This document shows positions 40,455 through 54,696 of a stretch of 64,000 bases of DNA, piece by piece; position 1 is the first letter of the stretch, and every line of letters starts with the position of its first letter. The position numbers and the translations under genes are program-made. The notes under the pieces were generated by a model. It was not told where the DNA came from. It was given only the letters and a program-made list of their open reading frames with translations, and did no database searches. Source of the DNA: Octopus sinensis (lineage: Eukaryota); NCBI RefSeq assembly GCF_006345805.1, contig NC_043012.1:496001-560000 (forward strand), read 5' to 3'.

Positions 40455-40812
40455 ACTGGAAGCACAAGGCCTCAAAATTTAGGGGAAGGGATCAAGTCGA
40501 TTTACATCGACCCCAGTGATTAACTGGAACTAATTTTATCGACCCCGAAAAGATGTAACGCAAAGTTGACCTCGGCGGAATTTGAAATCAAAACATAGCG
40601 GCAGACGAAATACCTATTTCTTTACTACCCACAAGGAGCTAAACACAGAGAGGACAAACGGATTGTCGATTATATCGACCCCAGTGCGTAACTGGTACTT
40701 ATTTAATAGACCCCGAAAGGATGAAAGGCAAAGTAGACCTCGGCGGAGTTTAAACTCAGAACGTAGCGGCAGACGAAATACCGCCAAGCATTTCGCCCGG
40801 CGTGCTAATGTA
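40455..40812 (-). mobile_element. Dimeric SINE family C
   Basis: Two tandem cores with the same junction GGCAGACGAAATAC|CTATTTCTTTACTACCCAC. Confidence 0.82.
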
Positions 40813-40832
40813 TCTGTCAGCTCACCACCTTC

Positions 40833-40899
<67 letters not shown>

Positions 40900-40902
<3 letters not shown>

Positions 40903-41352
40903 CAATAAAGTTTGCTTATTGATCGACATGAGCATCCCCTGTGATCATAATATCTCAGCGAAAGAGTTTGACAAGCTCAGAAAATATAAAGACCTATTCA
41001 TTGAAATTGAGAAAATGTGGCATCTCAAGGCGGTTACAATACCAGTGATCATAGGAGCACTAGGAATGATCAAGAAGGGAACCGAAAATTATATGAGAAT
41101 GATCCCTGGCTTACCATCCCTGCAAGAAGTGCAAAAGATTGTCTTAACTGGTACATCACACGTATTGAGAAGAGCATTGTCGATGTGAGAACTGTTGCTG
41201 CTCATGTATTTTAATTTAACTTAAAAAAAAAAAAAAAACCAACTACTGAGTTTGGTTTAATGGCCTACCAATGTATACTATGAGTTTCTTTGCCCTAGGA
41301 GTCGGGAAGACACTCGGCAAGAAACGGAAGAAAATTTGAAAGAAGAAAAAAA

Positions 41353-41354
<2 letters not shown>
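40900..41354 (+). mobile_element. 5'-truncated R4/Dong-like (RLE-type) retrotransposon in (TAA)n
   Basis: CLLIDMSIPCDHNISAKEFDKLRKYKDL..IPVIIGALG..VLRRALSM* is the restriction-like endonuclease C-terminus, followed by a ~165-nt 3'UTR. (AAT)n on both sides. Confidence 0.88.
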
Positions 41355-41423
<69 letters not shown>

Positions 41424-42834
41424 GAAGAAGAAGAAGAAGAAGAAGAGAAGAAGAAGAAGAAGAAGAACTACTACTACAACAATTCCATTCATATAGAAGA
41501 AAATTCAAGATTAAAGTGGAATTAAGGATTTCGAATTTGGGCAAAATCGCTCAGTTATGAATATCTTTCTAACCACTAGTCACCTTAACATTGCATAATT
41601 AACGTTCGCGTCCTTGTCTCATCTGCGAACGCCACAACCACAGATGAAATCAGTTGTTCGCTAAAACTGAACTAGTTGTTCGCTAAAACTGAACTAGTTG
41701 ATCTTGTCCATTGAAAGCTTGTTGTCTGTTCATCTGCACAGATTGAAGTGATATTTACCATTGACTCAATAAGTACATTTGTCGAAATAGTTGACTACCT
41801 CCGTGTTGTATTCCATTGTTTCAACATAAAAACTGACTCTGATGTTACCGAGTGCAGGTCTTTGCCAAGAGGCCGCTCGTGATTTAGTGCAGAGCTGATC
41901 ATTCCCATATTCACAGCTGTTTTCTATTTACATTCTAATATACCCACATCTAGGTTCCCGGAAGATACTACTACTCAGGTTAGACCTCGGAACAACTGTA
42001 GTGACTTGTAGGAACGCAGTATTTCATTATGCAACCATAATACGCGACAGAGTATATTAAATGTCTTTTTGGTTTTGGGCTGATGAAGGAGCAGAACATT
42101 CTTATGTATGTCATATCCGTCCAGTACCCATTTTCCTCCAGTACCATCTTTCATCTCAGTTTATTTGCATTTGGTGTCTAGGATAAGAAACGTCGTAACA
42201 AAATCAGTGCTGTCAGTAATTTCTATTGAAGATCTGCATAAATAACCTTAACAAATAGAAGAATAATGGCTAAGAGATGGTTCTGCACTTCTTAGAAACT
42301 TACTCCTCCCAAACCAGTGTTCCAATAACGGATGCAGATTCAATGATATTCAGGACAAACAGTAAATACATTAATTTGGCCAGGCTTTGCGTTCTCTTGC
42401 TGCGTAAGTATATCGTTGATTCATTACGAAAGGAGAAACTATGAGTTTCAAAGAACTTGATAGATGGCACAAAAGTTGAACAATATCGATGAAATATAAT
42501 ACTAAGGTTTGGACAGAATAAATTTTACTTACCAATATAAATGTACAAATTTATAACTGTGGTTTAAGAGATTTCCTTTCGTAATCTGTCATTCAAAGTT
42601 CATTCTTCCTGCTTGTCACCTTCACCTTGTAACTTGAAGACTTTTGTCGTGGAAACAATTTTCGGAAGCCTTTCGTGTATATGTGTGTGTGTGTGTGTGT
42701 GTGCGCGCGTGCGCATATGTGTATGTGTGTATGTGTGTGTGTGTGTGTGTGTGAGTGTGTGTGTGTCTGTGTGTGTATGAAATCTATTTACTGCCTTGGT
42801 TGTTTTATCACATTCTGTCAATTTACATATATAC

Positions 42835-42891
<57 letters not shown>

Positions 42892-42900
42892 CATATATAG

Positions 42901-43045
42901 GCGCAGGAGTAGCTCTGTGGTAAGTAGCTTGCTTACCAATCACATGGTTCCGGGGCACCTTGGGCAAGTGTCTTCTACTATAGCCTCCAGCCGACCAATG
43001 ACTAGTGAGTGGATTTGGTAGACGGAAACTGAAAGAAGCCCGTCG

Positions 43046-43046
<1 letters not shown>
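42901..43046 (+). mobile_element. SINE family A, 5' half
   Basis: tRNA-like head up to the internal (TA)n. Confidence 0.85.
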
Positions 43047-43086
<40 letters not shown>

Positions 43087-43354
43087 ATCCTTGTTTGTGT
43101 ATACATTCGCTGCTTTCTTCCAAAGAATATAATGCTCTTAGCTTAGTTTTTCCTTGGAGCTGGCCAGATTGGAGCAATCTCAAGTATAATCAGCCGAAAT
43201 TGCGAAGATAATCTGGTTCTTGACTGAGGAAAGAAAACTTCGAATGACTCGTCCTTGTTATCTTGGCATCGTCTGTCTGGAGATTTTGTTCTCCCTTTTT
43301 GTATCACCTAGTTGTCCGGAGGTTTTGCGTTCTTATCTCATTTTGTATTTTCTA

Positions 43355-43576
43355 TACTCTTTACTCTTTTATTTATTTCAGTCATATGACTTCGGCCATG
43401 CTGGTGCACCGCCTTTAGTCGAGCAAATCGACCCCAGGACTTATTCTTTGTAAGGCTAGTACTTATTCTATCGGTCTCTTTTGCCAAACCGCTGGATTAT
43501 GGGGATGTAAACTCACCAGCATCGGTTGTCAAGGAGTGTTGGGGGGACAAACACAGACACACAAACATATACACAC
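43355..43576 (-). mobile_element. SINE family A, 3' half
   Basis: Tail and body up to the internal microsatellite. Confidence 0.85.
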
Positions 43577-43591
43577 GCATACATACCTACA

Positions 43592-44093
43592 CAGTAATTA
43601 CTCGCCATATCGCGCCCTCAGTAAATCGCGGCTTTTTCTGGCTAGTATATCGCGTATTTCTGCGGTCGAAAGGTATTTACATTTGTTTAAAATTTTATTT
43701 CTGTGGTAAAATGAGCATTTTCCAGTCTAAAAGTTAATAAAATAATAAATAAAAATGCAGTACAAATTGGGATCCCCAGCTGATTCGTGCGCGGCAATGC
43801 AGAAAATGCAATCGACGGAGCCATGGCAGATTATAAGAACCTCATTATACAGAAGAATAGGTAGCGGCCGCAACTGTGCAGCACTATGTTCCCCACCCGC
43901 AAAAACAAAGAGAAGACATAGGTACTCCTAGGAGTGTGGGGAGAATTTATAAAACCTTAAATATCTAAAAATAATAAGATAAACTAATTATGAAAATAGT
44001 AACAAAAATATACAGTACTATTTCTGCTTTGCAGATTTTCGCCTATCACGGCGGGTTTTTGAACGTAATAGCCGTATAGTCCAAGGATTGCTG
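43592..44093. mobile_element. Tc1/mariner (pogo/Tigger-like) MITE
   Basis: Imperfect TIRs CAGTAATTACTCG / CAAGGATTGCTG followed by TA. Non-coding interior. Confidence 0.5.
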
Positions 44094-44454
44094 TATATAC
44101 ATACTTATATTTATATATATATTAGTGTGTAATTTTTCAAGTTAGTGTGCATGTGTCTGTGTGAAAAACACTTTTTATCAATTCAAAATGAACAATTAAA
44201 TTACACCATCTAGAAAATTACATATAATAGAAATATTAAAATTAAAATTAAAATAAATTACTAATGAATAAGTAAATTGCAAAAAAATAATAAACACGTA
44301 TATAATTGGTAGAATAACGGTTTATTAAGCTAAGTATTTTTGGACAGGATTTTCATCAGAATATTCGCCTTAATGAAGATTTTCATTCCAGTCCAAATGA
44401 TATTGTTTTTTTTTCTCTTAAAAGTACAAAATAAATTTTTATTTCTTAAAATCC

Positions 44455-44526
<72 letters not shown>

Positions 44527-44598
44527 TATTATTATTATTATAATTGTTATTATTATTATTATTATCATTATTATTATTATTATTATTACTATTATTAT

Positions 44599-45128
44599 TG
44601 AGTGAGAGAGCAGTGCATGCCATCAAAGTGACACTGGGGTAAAATATACGAAGCCCAGTATAGCCATCATGACTACCCGTCTGATAAGGGTACACTAGGC
44701 ACATGCATCACAACCATATGCAAACGACATGGTGATTTCATATCAAGATAAACAGCACATGACCTTGCAGGTGGGGACCAGTTAGAATTTTCTTCTGGTC
44801 GAGTAGCCCATTCCGCTCAAAAGTTCCCTGAATAAGGATTGTTTTAGGATGTTGAACGAAACACCCATGTTTCCAAATGTGAATTATCCAAACCTCTAAG
44901 AAATCCTTTCAACACACAGCTACGACGCTCCCCCACTACTTTTGCTCGTGATCAGAGATGAACATATCATCAGCCACCAAGGGACATGCTCAACTGGTTA
45001 AGGTCAAAGAACTTACAAGCAAATCTGTGGTAGTGAGCAGAATATTTGCTGTAGCCCATCTGTACATGATAACACTTCCCATCAGTTAACATCAGAAGCC
45101 ATGAGAGCCACTGCCTGATACTGCATCA
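44599..45128 (-). mobile_element. Family D copy
   Basis: Same sequence with a ~21-nt internal deletion, (TTA)n on both sides. Confidence 0.88.
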
Positions 45129-45130
45129 AC

Positions 45131-45176
<46 letters not shown>

Positions 45177-45367
45177 CGTTACTTAAAGACAACTATTTTA
45201 AAGCGAATATCTTTTGATAAGGTTTTCACCATAAAGATTCCTGTCATAGAGCTTTTTATATAAACGAAATCTCGAAATCGGAATAACTGTGAATACAACT
45301 TAGAAGATTGGTTAAATATTCTTAGAAAACGGGAAAATTAGTCAATGAGTCAATACAGAGAACTGAA

Positions 45368-45754
45368 GGAGGCGCAATGGCCCAGTGGTTAAGGCAGCGG
45401 ACTCGCGGTCCTAGGATCGCGGTTTCGATTCCCAGACCGGGCGTTGTGAGTGTTTATTGAGCGAAAACACCTAAAAGCTCCACCAGATTCCGGCAGGGGA
45501 TGGTGGTGATCCCTGCTATACTCTTTCACCACAACTTTCTCTCACTCTTACTTCCTGTTTCTGTTGTACCTGTATTTCAAAGGGCCGGCCTCGTCACTCT
45601 CTGTGTCACGCTGAATATCCCCGAGAACTACGTTAAGGGTGCACGTGTCTGTGGAGTGCTCAGCCACTTACACGTTAATTTCACGATCAGGCTGTTCCGT
45701 TGATTCGGATCAACCGGAACCCTCGTCGTCGTAACCGACGGAGTGCTTCCATCC
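45368..45754 (+). mobile_element. SINE family B with TSD
   Basis: ACAGAGAAC(T/C)GAA repeated at 45355-45367 and 45755-45767. Confidence 0.92.
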
Positions 45755-46011
45755 ACAGAGAACCGAACCACGTAAACTCCGGTCAAGCGCACTATTCCAT
45801 TAACTAAACGATCTACGAAATCAGATACCGTCTATTATAACGTTAAACATATTAAAACGACAAAAAATATTTTGATTTGTTAAAATTATCAACTTTCCTT
45901 TTTCGTTACTTAAAGCTACAGAATGCTGTTTGGTGAGGTTTTCACTATGCGATCCATCTCATAGAGCTCTTTTATTTGAACACAACCATTGTATAGTTTT
46001 CTTTTACAGTC

Positions 46012-46409
46012 GCAGGAGTGGCTGTGCGGTAAGTAGCTTGCTAACCAACCACATGGTTCCGGGTTCAGTCCCACTGCGTGGCACCTTGGGCAAGTGTCTC
46101 CTGCTATAGCCCCGGGAAGACCAATGCCTTGTGAGTGTATTTGGTAGACGGAAACTGAAAGAAGCCTGTCGTATATATGTATATATATATGTTGTGTGTT
46201 TTGTGTGTCTGTGTTTGTCCCCCTAGCATTGCTTGACAACCCGATGCTGGTGTGTTATGTCCCCGTCACTTAGCGGTTCGGCAAAAGAGACCGATAGAAT
46301 AAGTACTGGGCTTACAAAGAATAAGTCCCGGGGTCGATTTGCTCGACTAAAGGCGGTGCTCCAGCATGGCCGCAGTCAAATGACTGAAACAAGTAAAAGA
46401 GTAAAAGAG
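46012..46409 (+). mobile_element. SINE family A
   Basis: Full-length match. Confidence 0.9.
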
Positions 46410-46582
46410 TAATAATTGAGCTATTTTGATTCAAAGGCATTTTCGGGGATTACTTGTCATTCTTTATGTCACTTAAAGCCAGACTACTTTTTCCTTACCT
46501 GTAACCTTTTAAAGAGTTTTACACCAAAATATTTTTCTCAATGAGAACATTCTTTTAACCCTTTCACTCTGACTTTTGCAGA

Positions 46583-46703
46583 GTCACAAGGCTTTGGTCG
46601 GCCCGAGGCTATTGTAGAAGACACATGTCCAAGGTGCCACGCCGTGGGACTGAACCTGGAACTATATGGTTGGTAAGCTACTGACAACAGAGCCACTCCT
46701 GCG

Positions 46704-46705
<2 letters not shown>
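46583..46705 (-). mobile_element. SINE family A, 5' part
   Basis: Reverse-complement head and CORE-like segment. Confidence 0.82.
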
Positions 46706-46758
<53 letters not shown>

Positions 46759-46769
46759 TATATTTACAC

Positions 46770-46812
<43 letters not shown>

Positions 46813-47625
46813 TATATATATATATATATGAATAAATGAAAGAATGGAGTCATTTATTCATATACAACACACAAATTTCTGCACATGAACCCGGTGTCTC
46901 TACCCTTGACACGTCGCTTCAACCATGTTTTCTGACGTGAATTTGCTACCCAGGTTTCGGTTAAACGAATTTTCCATGCTGACAATAAACATAGGATAAT
47001 TCATTCACCTACTTAAATATATATATATATATATATAAATATGTGTGTGTGTGTGTACATATATATATGTATACGTGCAAACTCGCACATATATGTACAT
47101 ATATATATATACATAACATATGTGTATGCGTGTGTATGTGTCTGTATATGGGCTCGAATTCCTTTCCCCTTTTGTAAAAAAATAAGGAAAGCCGATGTTA
47201 CAAAACTCCCTTATATTATTTCATTATAAATTGAAGGGAGCTTAAGTAAACAATAACCATAATACCACCAAAACGCTGCCAATACAAAAGGATTATTCAG
47301 TACTCTGTACCCAACACCGACCCTCTCTTATTGCCTTCTCTGTTATCGACCCCTAACATGTGTTCCTGTTCCCTTAAACACACAAACAAACCCTTGTCCT
47401 CAAAGACATGACACTAAGTACAATTATACGTAAGATACAAATGCACACGCACAAATATATATATACATTTACATATACATACATATATACTGACATGCTT
47501 ACATATACATACATATACTCACACACGCACATATATATGTATATATATAAAAATAGTTTTATATATATACACGCAAACTCATTGGTATGCAAATATACAT
47601 GCATATATATGTATACATATCTATG

Positions 47626-47665
<40 letters not shown>

Positions 47666-47954
47666 TATAGACATATATATGTATACACATGTAATTTTAT
47701 ATATATATATATATGTATTTATATATGTATACGTGTATATACATATATATGTGTATATGAATATATACATATATATATATATATATACACGTTTTCTCTC
47801 ACTATATATATTTTGTGTGCGTAATGTATTTACGTGTGAACGTATTTCTGTGTGTGTATGTGTGTGTTTGTGTGTGTGTTTGTGTGTGGGTGTGTGTGTG
47901 TTGTGTATGTGTATGCGTGTGTGTGTGTGTGTTTGTGTGTGTTGTGTATGTGTA

Positions 47955-47991
<37 letters not shown>

Positions 47992-48342
47992 ACTTGTTTG
48001 AGATCTATATTTTCGCTTCACTGAACATCATTCAAAATGTATTTACCTTTCAAATGTGTATTCAACCCAAATAAAACGTTGACCTTTCACCCCCCCCCCC
48101 CCGATGATCAATTCACAATTTGTGAGGGACGTAATCCTGCCAGTATTGTAGGTAGATGGTAGCGCTGGTTGTCTCATATCTATATCGGTGTCGTCCATTG
48201 TGTAGGTGGTCGTGGTGATTGTGGTGGTAGAGTTGGGTTTGTTGTAATGGTGTTTGCGGTGCTATTAGTTTTATTGGTAGCGGTAGTGTTATTAGGCTAG
48301 TGTATTATAGCAACAATAGGTGTATTAATAAAAATAGGTATG

Positions 48343-48754
48343 CTCTTTTACTCTTTTACTTGTTTCAGTCATTTGACTGCGGCCATGCTGGAACACCGCC
48401 TTTAGTCGAGCAAATCGACCCGGGACTTATTCTTTGTAAGCCCAGTACTTATTCTATCGGTCTCTTTTGCCGAACCGCTAAGTGACGGGGAGGTAAACAC
48501 ACCAGCATCGGTTGACAAGCAATGCTAGGGGGACAAACACACACTAACACAAACATATACACACACGTATGTACATATATATACATATATACGACAGGCT
48601 TCTTTCAGTTTCCCTCTACCAAATCCACTCACAAGGCATTGGTCGGCCCGGAGCTATAGCAGAAGACACTTGCCCAAGGTGCCACGCAGTGGGACTGAAC
48701 CCGGAACCATGTGGTTGGTTAGCAAGCTACTTACCACACAGCCACTCCTGCGCC
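48343..48754 (-). mobile_element. SINE family A
   Basis: Full-length reverse-complement match. Confidence 0.9.
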
Positions 48755-49227
48755 TATATGTTAGTAAATATATTCTTAGACACAGTATGTCCTTATGTGA
48801 ACTTATGAATTTGCCTTTTCGCGACGTATCTGCTTTAAATATGATACACAATTGGCTGTATGTGTTTGCTGGTGGTGGTTGCGGTGTGAGTGATAGTGGT
48901 GATGGTGATGCTGGTTGTGGTTCGGTTATAGGGTATTTTGTCGCAAAAAGTTTTGCCTTAAGACTATTTGCCTTTAGAAATTTCGTTTTAAAGTACATCA
49001 TCAGATGTTGTTTTTTTTTTTCTTAATGTTTTACGTTTAATACAAACGTGCTTAATTAATGCCTTTATAAAACCTGGCATACTTCTTATACATTTATTTT
49101 TAAAAATTGCTGATATAACACGTTTTATCATTGTTCATACTGCAAATTCTCATACAGTGAATGTTCAGATCAGGCAAAAATTCTTAAGGCGAATTTTCCG
49201 GACACGGCGGTAGTTCATATATGGTTA

Positions 49228-49452
49228 GCTGGCAGAAACGTTAGCACGCCGGGCGAAATGTTTAATGGTATTTCGTCTGCGGTTAGGTTTTGAGTTCAAA
49301 TTCCGCCGATGTCGACTTTGCCTTTCATCCTTTCGAGGTCGATAAATTAAGTACCAGTTACGCACTGGGGTCGATGTAATCGACTTAATCCGTTTGTCTG
49401 TCCTTGTTTGTCCTCTCTATGTTTAGCCCCTTGTGTGTAGTAAAGAAATAGG
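49228..49452 (+). mobile_element. SINE family C (GAGTTCAAATTCCGCC..GCCTTTCATCCTTTCGGGGTCGATAAA core)
   Basis: Best-preserved copy. The same core occurs, approximately, at 907-1030(-), 8675-8850(+), 9018-9215(+), 9440-9720(-), 9800-10008(+), 11405-11550(-), 16840-16965(+), 27170-27520(-), 50660-50760(+) and 54143-54300(-). Confidence 0.85.
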
Positions 49453-49824
49453 TAATGTATTAGCCAGCGGTGATGTGTTAACCAGACTTTGTGTGGTTGT
49501 ATTGCTGGTGTACTTATATCTGTGTTAGCATGTATATACAAGAAAAATGTTCACAAATCTTCAATTGAATTTTTACTTTTCAGTCGAAAACTCAATTTTT
49601 AAACAGAAATTATTTTGGAAAAACGATACAAAACGAAAGACATAGATCTTAACTGGAGCTTTGTTTCTGATTTGTAATCGGTGTTGTTACTCTTCGTGAT
49701 TGTGATGGTAAAGGCGGTTGTGTTAGTGTTGTTAATGGTACATGTATGTGTAGTAGTGTTATTTGTAGTGGTAGTTAACGCTTTAGTCAACTTATGTGTT
49801 CGTAGGCTTGCTGGAGTGAAGACT

Positions 49825-50140
49825 CATGGCTCAGTAGTTAGAGCGTCGAGCTTACGATCGTGATGTTGTGAGTTCGAATCCCGGACCGAGTTGCGTGTTA
49901 TACTTTATTTCACGTTGCTCCAGTTCACTCAGCTGTAGAAATGAGTTGCGACGTCACTGGTGCCAAGCTGTATCGGCCCCTTTGCCTTTCCCTTCGATAA
50001 CATCAGTGGCGTGAAGAGGGGAGACTGGTATGCGTGGGTCACTGTTGGTCTCTCATGAACAACCTTGCCCGGACTTGTACCTCGGAGGGTAACCTCCTAG
50101 GTGCAATACCATGGTCATTCGTGACCGAAGGGGTTCTTTT
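49825..50140 (+). mobile_element. tRNA-headed SINE family G
   Basis: TGGCTCAGTAGTTAGAG A box, GAGTTCGAATCCC B box, CAGTTCACTCAGCTGTAGAAATGAG core. Confidence 0.78.
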
Positions 50141-50314
50141 GCCGAACAACTAATTTACGGGCATGTAAACACACCAACGTCCGTTGTCAAGTGATGGTGG
50201 GGTGACAAACACAGATACACACGCACACATACATACACATACACACAACACTTATATAATATATATATATACATAGATAATACCACACACGCACACCACA
50301 CCACCACACCACAC

Positions 50315-50367
<53 letters not shown>

Positions 50368-51013
50368 CTTCGCATATTTTGTTTATTGCATTTTAATAAC
50401 GTATTACGTTTAAATTGCGTTTAGCAACGTGTTATCACTCGAATCCTTATTCAGCGTGAATATATTTTGGCCGCTCATACATCATTTCTTTCCATGCAGA
50501 TCAATCCAAATTCCCGAATTAGTAAAGTTCATCGTTCGATAGTGATGGAGAAGAAATGATAACCCATTTAGAAACTCCGCCGCACTAGGAGCGTCTTCGA
50601 CTCATCTTGCATTATTAATGTATAAACTATTTCGTCTGTCTTTACCATCTAAAGTTCCAATGCCCTGGAGATCATCTTTGCCTTTCATCCTTTGGCGGTC
50701 GATATAATAAGTATCACTTGAGCACTGGGGCCGTTGAAATCGCCTAGATGCTGCTCCTAAAACTTCATGTTTCATGCTTATAGTTACTATAGGCATAGAA
50801 CAGATTGACCCTATTCTGTTTCTGTGGCTACGAACAAACGTCCATGAATGAATGTGACGATGCTGGTGTTAATAATTATACTGTTGAATAAATGTAAAGC
50901 GACATTTTTCATTATAATTTTCCTGCACGTGAAGCTAAGGTACCAAAACATCAATTTTACATTACTCATTGATGATTATTAGCTGATCGATGAGCACTTA
51001 TTGGTTGTGCTTA

Positions 51014-51376
51014 GAGGCGGTTGGATGGAACCTACACTCGCCTCCTTATGAGAGCTCAAAATCTCTTGTGGAGGCGCCATCCAACTAAAATGCAAATATA
51101 TGGGAAATTACCACCTGTGTCATCTCTTGTGAAAGGTAGGAGAGTCCAGTTTGCTGGACATTGTTGTAGAGCTGAAAAAGAAGTAATTTCTACTCTTCTC
51201 CTCTGGAAGCCATCTACTCGCAATACCAGAGGGCGCACACTCTCATACCCTGATGTAATCTCCAGGGATACAGGCATCCAGCAACAGGACCTCCGTAATG
51301 CCATGATGGACAGTGAAGTCTGGCGTAGCATGGTAAATTCCATTGTCTCGCCCATGGTCGAACAATGATGATGATG
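51014..51376 (+). mobile_element. 5'-truncated RTE-clade LINE with (TGA)n tail and 14-bp TSD
   Basis: ORF 51021-51368 (DGTYTRLLM..RRVQFAGHCCR..LLLWKP..) is a typical RTE C-terminus, followed by a (TGA)n tail. Perfect TSD ATTGGTTGTGCTTA at 51000-51013 and 51377-51390. Confidence 0.9.
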
Positions 51377-51685
51377 ATTGGTTGTGCTTACCAAGTAGCT
51401 CAATCACTGCTTCACTATATTTCTGCTGCAACGAAATTAACAATGGCTTCTGGTTCACAATTAGCTTTCATTCATTCACTTCATATCTGATTTCCTATCT
51501 CTGTATATGTGTGTGTGTGAGTGTGTGTGAGTGAGGGAATATAAGTGCGTTTGCATGTGCGTCTGTGCATGTCTACATATATACATGAAGAGAAAGAGAC
51601 AAAGAGAGAAGACTACATGTATAAATATATATAGAAACATACAAGCTTAGTCGGACAGATAGATATAGATAGCTGGGTGAACTAC

Positions 51686-51748
<63 letters not shown>

Positions 51749-51820
51749 CGTATATATATATATATATATATTATATATATGCACACACATGCGCACACAA
51801 AAACACACATATACACACAA

Positions 51821-51853
<33 letters not shown>

Positions 51854-52008
51854 TAGGTAGATAGATAGATAGGTATACATACATACATACACACACACAC
51901 ACGCACACACACACAAATACACATATATATATATATCTGTAGATGCAATATGCGAGAATTATTCGATAGCTACGAAAAATTTTTCATACCATTTTTTCCG
52001 ATTGTCGG

Positions 52009-52068
52009 ATAACTGAAGAGATGGCGGCGTGAATTTCCACCCCGACATACGAATCTCGGAGTTTTTAT
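52009..52068 (+). ncRNA. Degenerate hammerhead with long stem II
   Basis: ATAA-CTGAAGA-G-ATGGCGGCGTGAA/TTCCACCCCGACAT-AC-GAATC-TCGGA-GTT-TTTAT. Confidence 0.6.
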
Positions 52069-52228
52069 GATCTACCGAATAATGTCACATATACATTTAC
52101 AGATAAATTCCTTTATTTACATAATATCGAGGTCTCTTTCATTCTATTGTTGTCTTACCATTTCTATCAATATATAATCTTAAATCTGATTTTTCCTTGT
52201 AAATTTGGATTTATTCCCTAATATTTAT

Positions 52229-52293
<65 letters not shown>

Positions 52294-52299
52294 ATATAA

Positions 52300-52502
52300 T
52301 GGACCTCGTGTGTACCGTTGGCGATTTTTTTTCCTCTGTCTTCCCTTCTCTGGATTTTTCCTTCTCCTATGTTTCCGACGAAGAGCTCCGCTCGAAACGT
52401 TAAACCCTCCTTCTTTCCTTCTTTCCTGAGCGTCCAATAATATTATATTTGTTCCACGTCTTCGCGTTGTTGTGTTTTTTTGTGTTTTCTTGTTTGGATT
52501 AA
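52300..52502 (+). mobile_element. Penelope-like unit (family P2)
   Basis: Hammerhead-like motif, related to 31455-31650, with (TA)n on both sides. Confidence 0.55.
52371..52405 (+). ncRNA. Degenerate minimal hammerhead (Penelope-type)
   Basis: GTTT-CCGACGA-A-GAGC(tcc)GCTC-GAAAC-GTT-AAAC. U4 is changed to C. Confidence 0.62.
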
Positions 52503-53095
52503 TATTATATATTATATATATATATAATATATATATATATATATACAAAACAGACAGGTTAATAGATAGAATAGATAGATAGATAGATAGATTAGATAGA
52601 TAGATAGATAGATAGATAGATCGATAGATAGATAGATTGTTTGATTGAATGATTGATATCTAAGAAATGAGGTGATTTTTTACATGTTTCCACGTTGCGC
52701 TATATGAACGTACATTGGCAGTTTTCCCACGTCAGACGAATTTTGGCATCTTCCCACAGCACGTGAAGCTAAGGTACCAAAACATTTTTCGTAAATTGAC
52801 ACTTTTTGTATTTTTTTTGTTTTGAGCACCGGGATTTCTTCCAATCACAGCGCGGCTGTTTTTCGAACAAAAGCATAACGTATTTATGCACTAACCCCAG
52901 ACTATTCCCTATCACTTGCCTGATGAGGTAATTGACTCCCTGTCGAAACTCGGGCACCTAAGTTTAACCCAGATAGTTATTTTAACATGTCCCGGTTGTT
53001 GACTTGAGATTGTACAATGTTTTCAATAAGTATTCTATTATTATTCTCCATATACATACATACTTATTTATACATATATATGTATATATATATGC

Positions 53096-53166
<71 letters not shown>

Positions 53167-53652
53167 TGTTATAAACAAATATCTGTTCTTTTATTAGAAG
53201 CGTCGAATCGTGTATTCTATAATACAAATAAGATGATATTTTTTTCCAACACAGAGTTGCCGTTAGACCAGTAGAAATAATAGGTAAATTACCCTGACAA
53301 GACGGAAAATTTTGTCAACAACCAGCTGTTGGATTCGAATCCATATCTCTCAAAGACTGCCAGTATTTCTGATGTTATATTGTAGAATACGCATTTTTGA
53401 CGCTTCTAATAAAAGAACAACTATTTGTTTGTTTACATTTATACACACATGGTTGTTCCCTAAAGCTAAAGTATTTAGCGTTTAAATTCGGCTGTGAATT
53501 TTTCAGCGGGCAGTTTAGCTTAATGGTAAAACACTCAATCCCACGACTAAATGCTGACAAATTTTTTCCGCTTTGTTAATGTAATTTGCCTAGTATTTCT
53601 GCTGTTCTAACGGCAATTCTTTGTTCAAAAAATATCTTCTTATTTCTATCGC

Positions 53653-53702
<50 letters not shown>

Positions 53703-53713
53703 ATATATATATA

Positions 53714-53744
<31 letters not shown>

Positions 53745-54696
53745 TGTGTGTGTGTGTGTGTTTGTGTGGTGTGTTGTGTGTGTATGCGTGCGTGTCTTTT
53801 ATTTACCGATTCCGTTGAACACGTTGCAGTTCTATGAACAGATCATGTGTCTGAAAGATTTATATTATTCAATATTTATTCAAAACTGATGTGTTTGTGC
53901 AATTTTTAGTCCAAGAAATTCCGAAACTTTTTCTTGATCATCCCCTTTTACATTTTTCAATTCTTCTCTTGTTATTATTATCCAATACAGCCAGCATCTC
54001 CCACGTACGAGTATGGCGGGGTAACATGTTTTATAATTTCGCTAATTCTTTCAGGTGCCTTTGTAACAAGGAACCTCAGATACACGTTAATATCGTCAAC
54101 CCTTAAAACGCAGAACATACAGGATGAGGCAGCTGAGGAGAATGTATTTCTTTACTACCCACAAGGGGCTAAACACAGAGGGGACAAACAAGGACAGACA
54201 AACGGATCAAGTCGATTACATCGACCCCAGTGCGTAACTAGTACTTAATATATAGACACCGAAAAGATGAAAGGCAAAGTCGAATTTGAACTCAGAACGA
54301 AACGGCAGGACAATGGGCTTTCTCAGCAGTCGGGTGGTAATCGTTTTCAGCAGAGTAGAAAGGAGCAACGTGAAATGAAGTGATTTGGTCAACAACACAT
54401 TGCGCTCCCTTTACACAAATTGAATCTGACACTTTGTGTCGGAGATCCGAACACATATGACTTTAAGTCAGATGCTTTCACTATAAGATGTTTTAATTAT
54501 TCACGTTTCTGCTCCATAGAGCAAGAGTAGACAAAATTGAAATTTATATCAATCTGTTTCTTCGCAGAGGACATGCGCATCGTTAATAACATCTTCCAAC
54601 AACAAAGCCAAACGTTGTTTGTTTTTATGCAGTCAATGTGCTATCATATGCATGTCAAATGTTATATTTTCTCCTCTCTACTATTATTATGATATA

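Noticed and set aside
41600-42600. 1 kb of unique-looking sequence, possible exon or transposase; includes a 22-bp tandem duplication at about 41652-41697
   Set aside because: No ORF of useful length or recognisable motif in the frames I read. Left unannotated.
46940-47010. GAAAC-CTGG-GTA on the minus strand (similar partial motifs at 8529 and 7740)
   Set aside because: No CTGAnGA core in the required position, so not counted as hammerheads.
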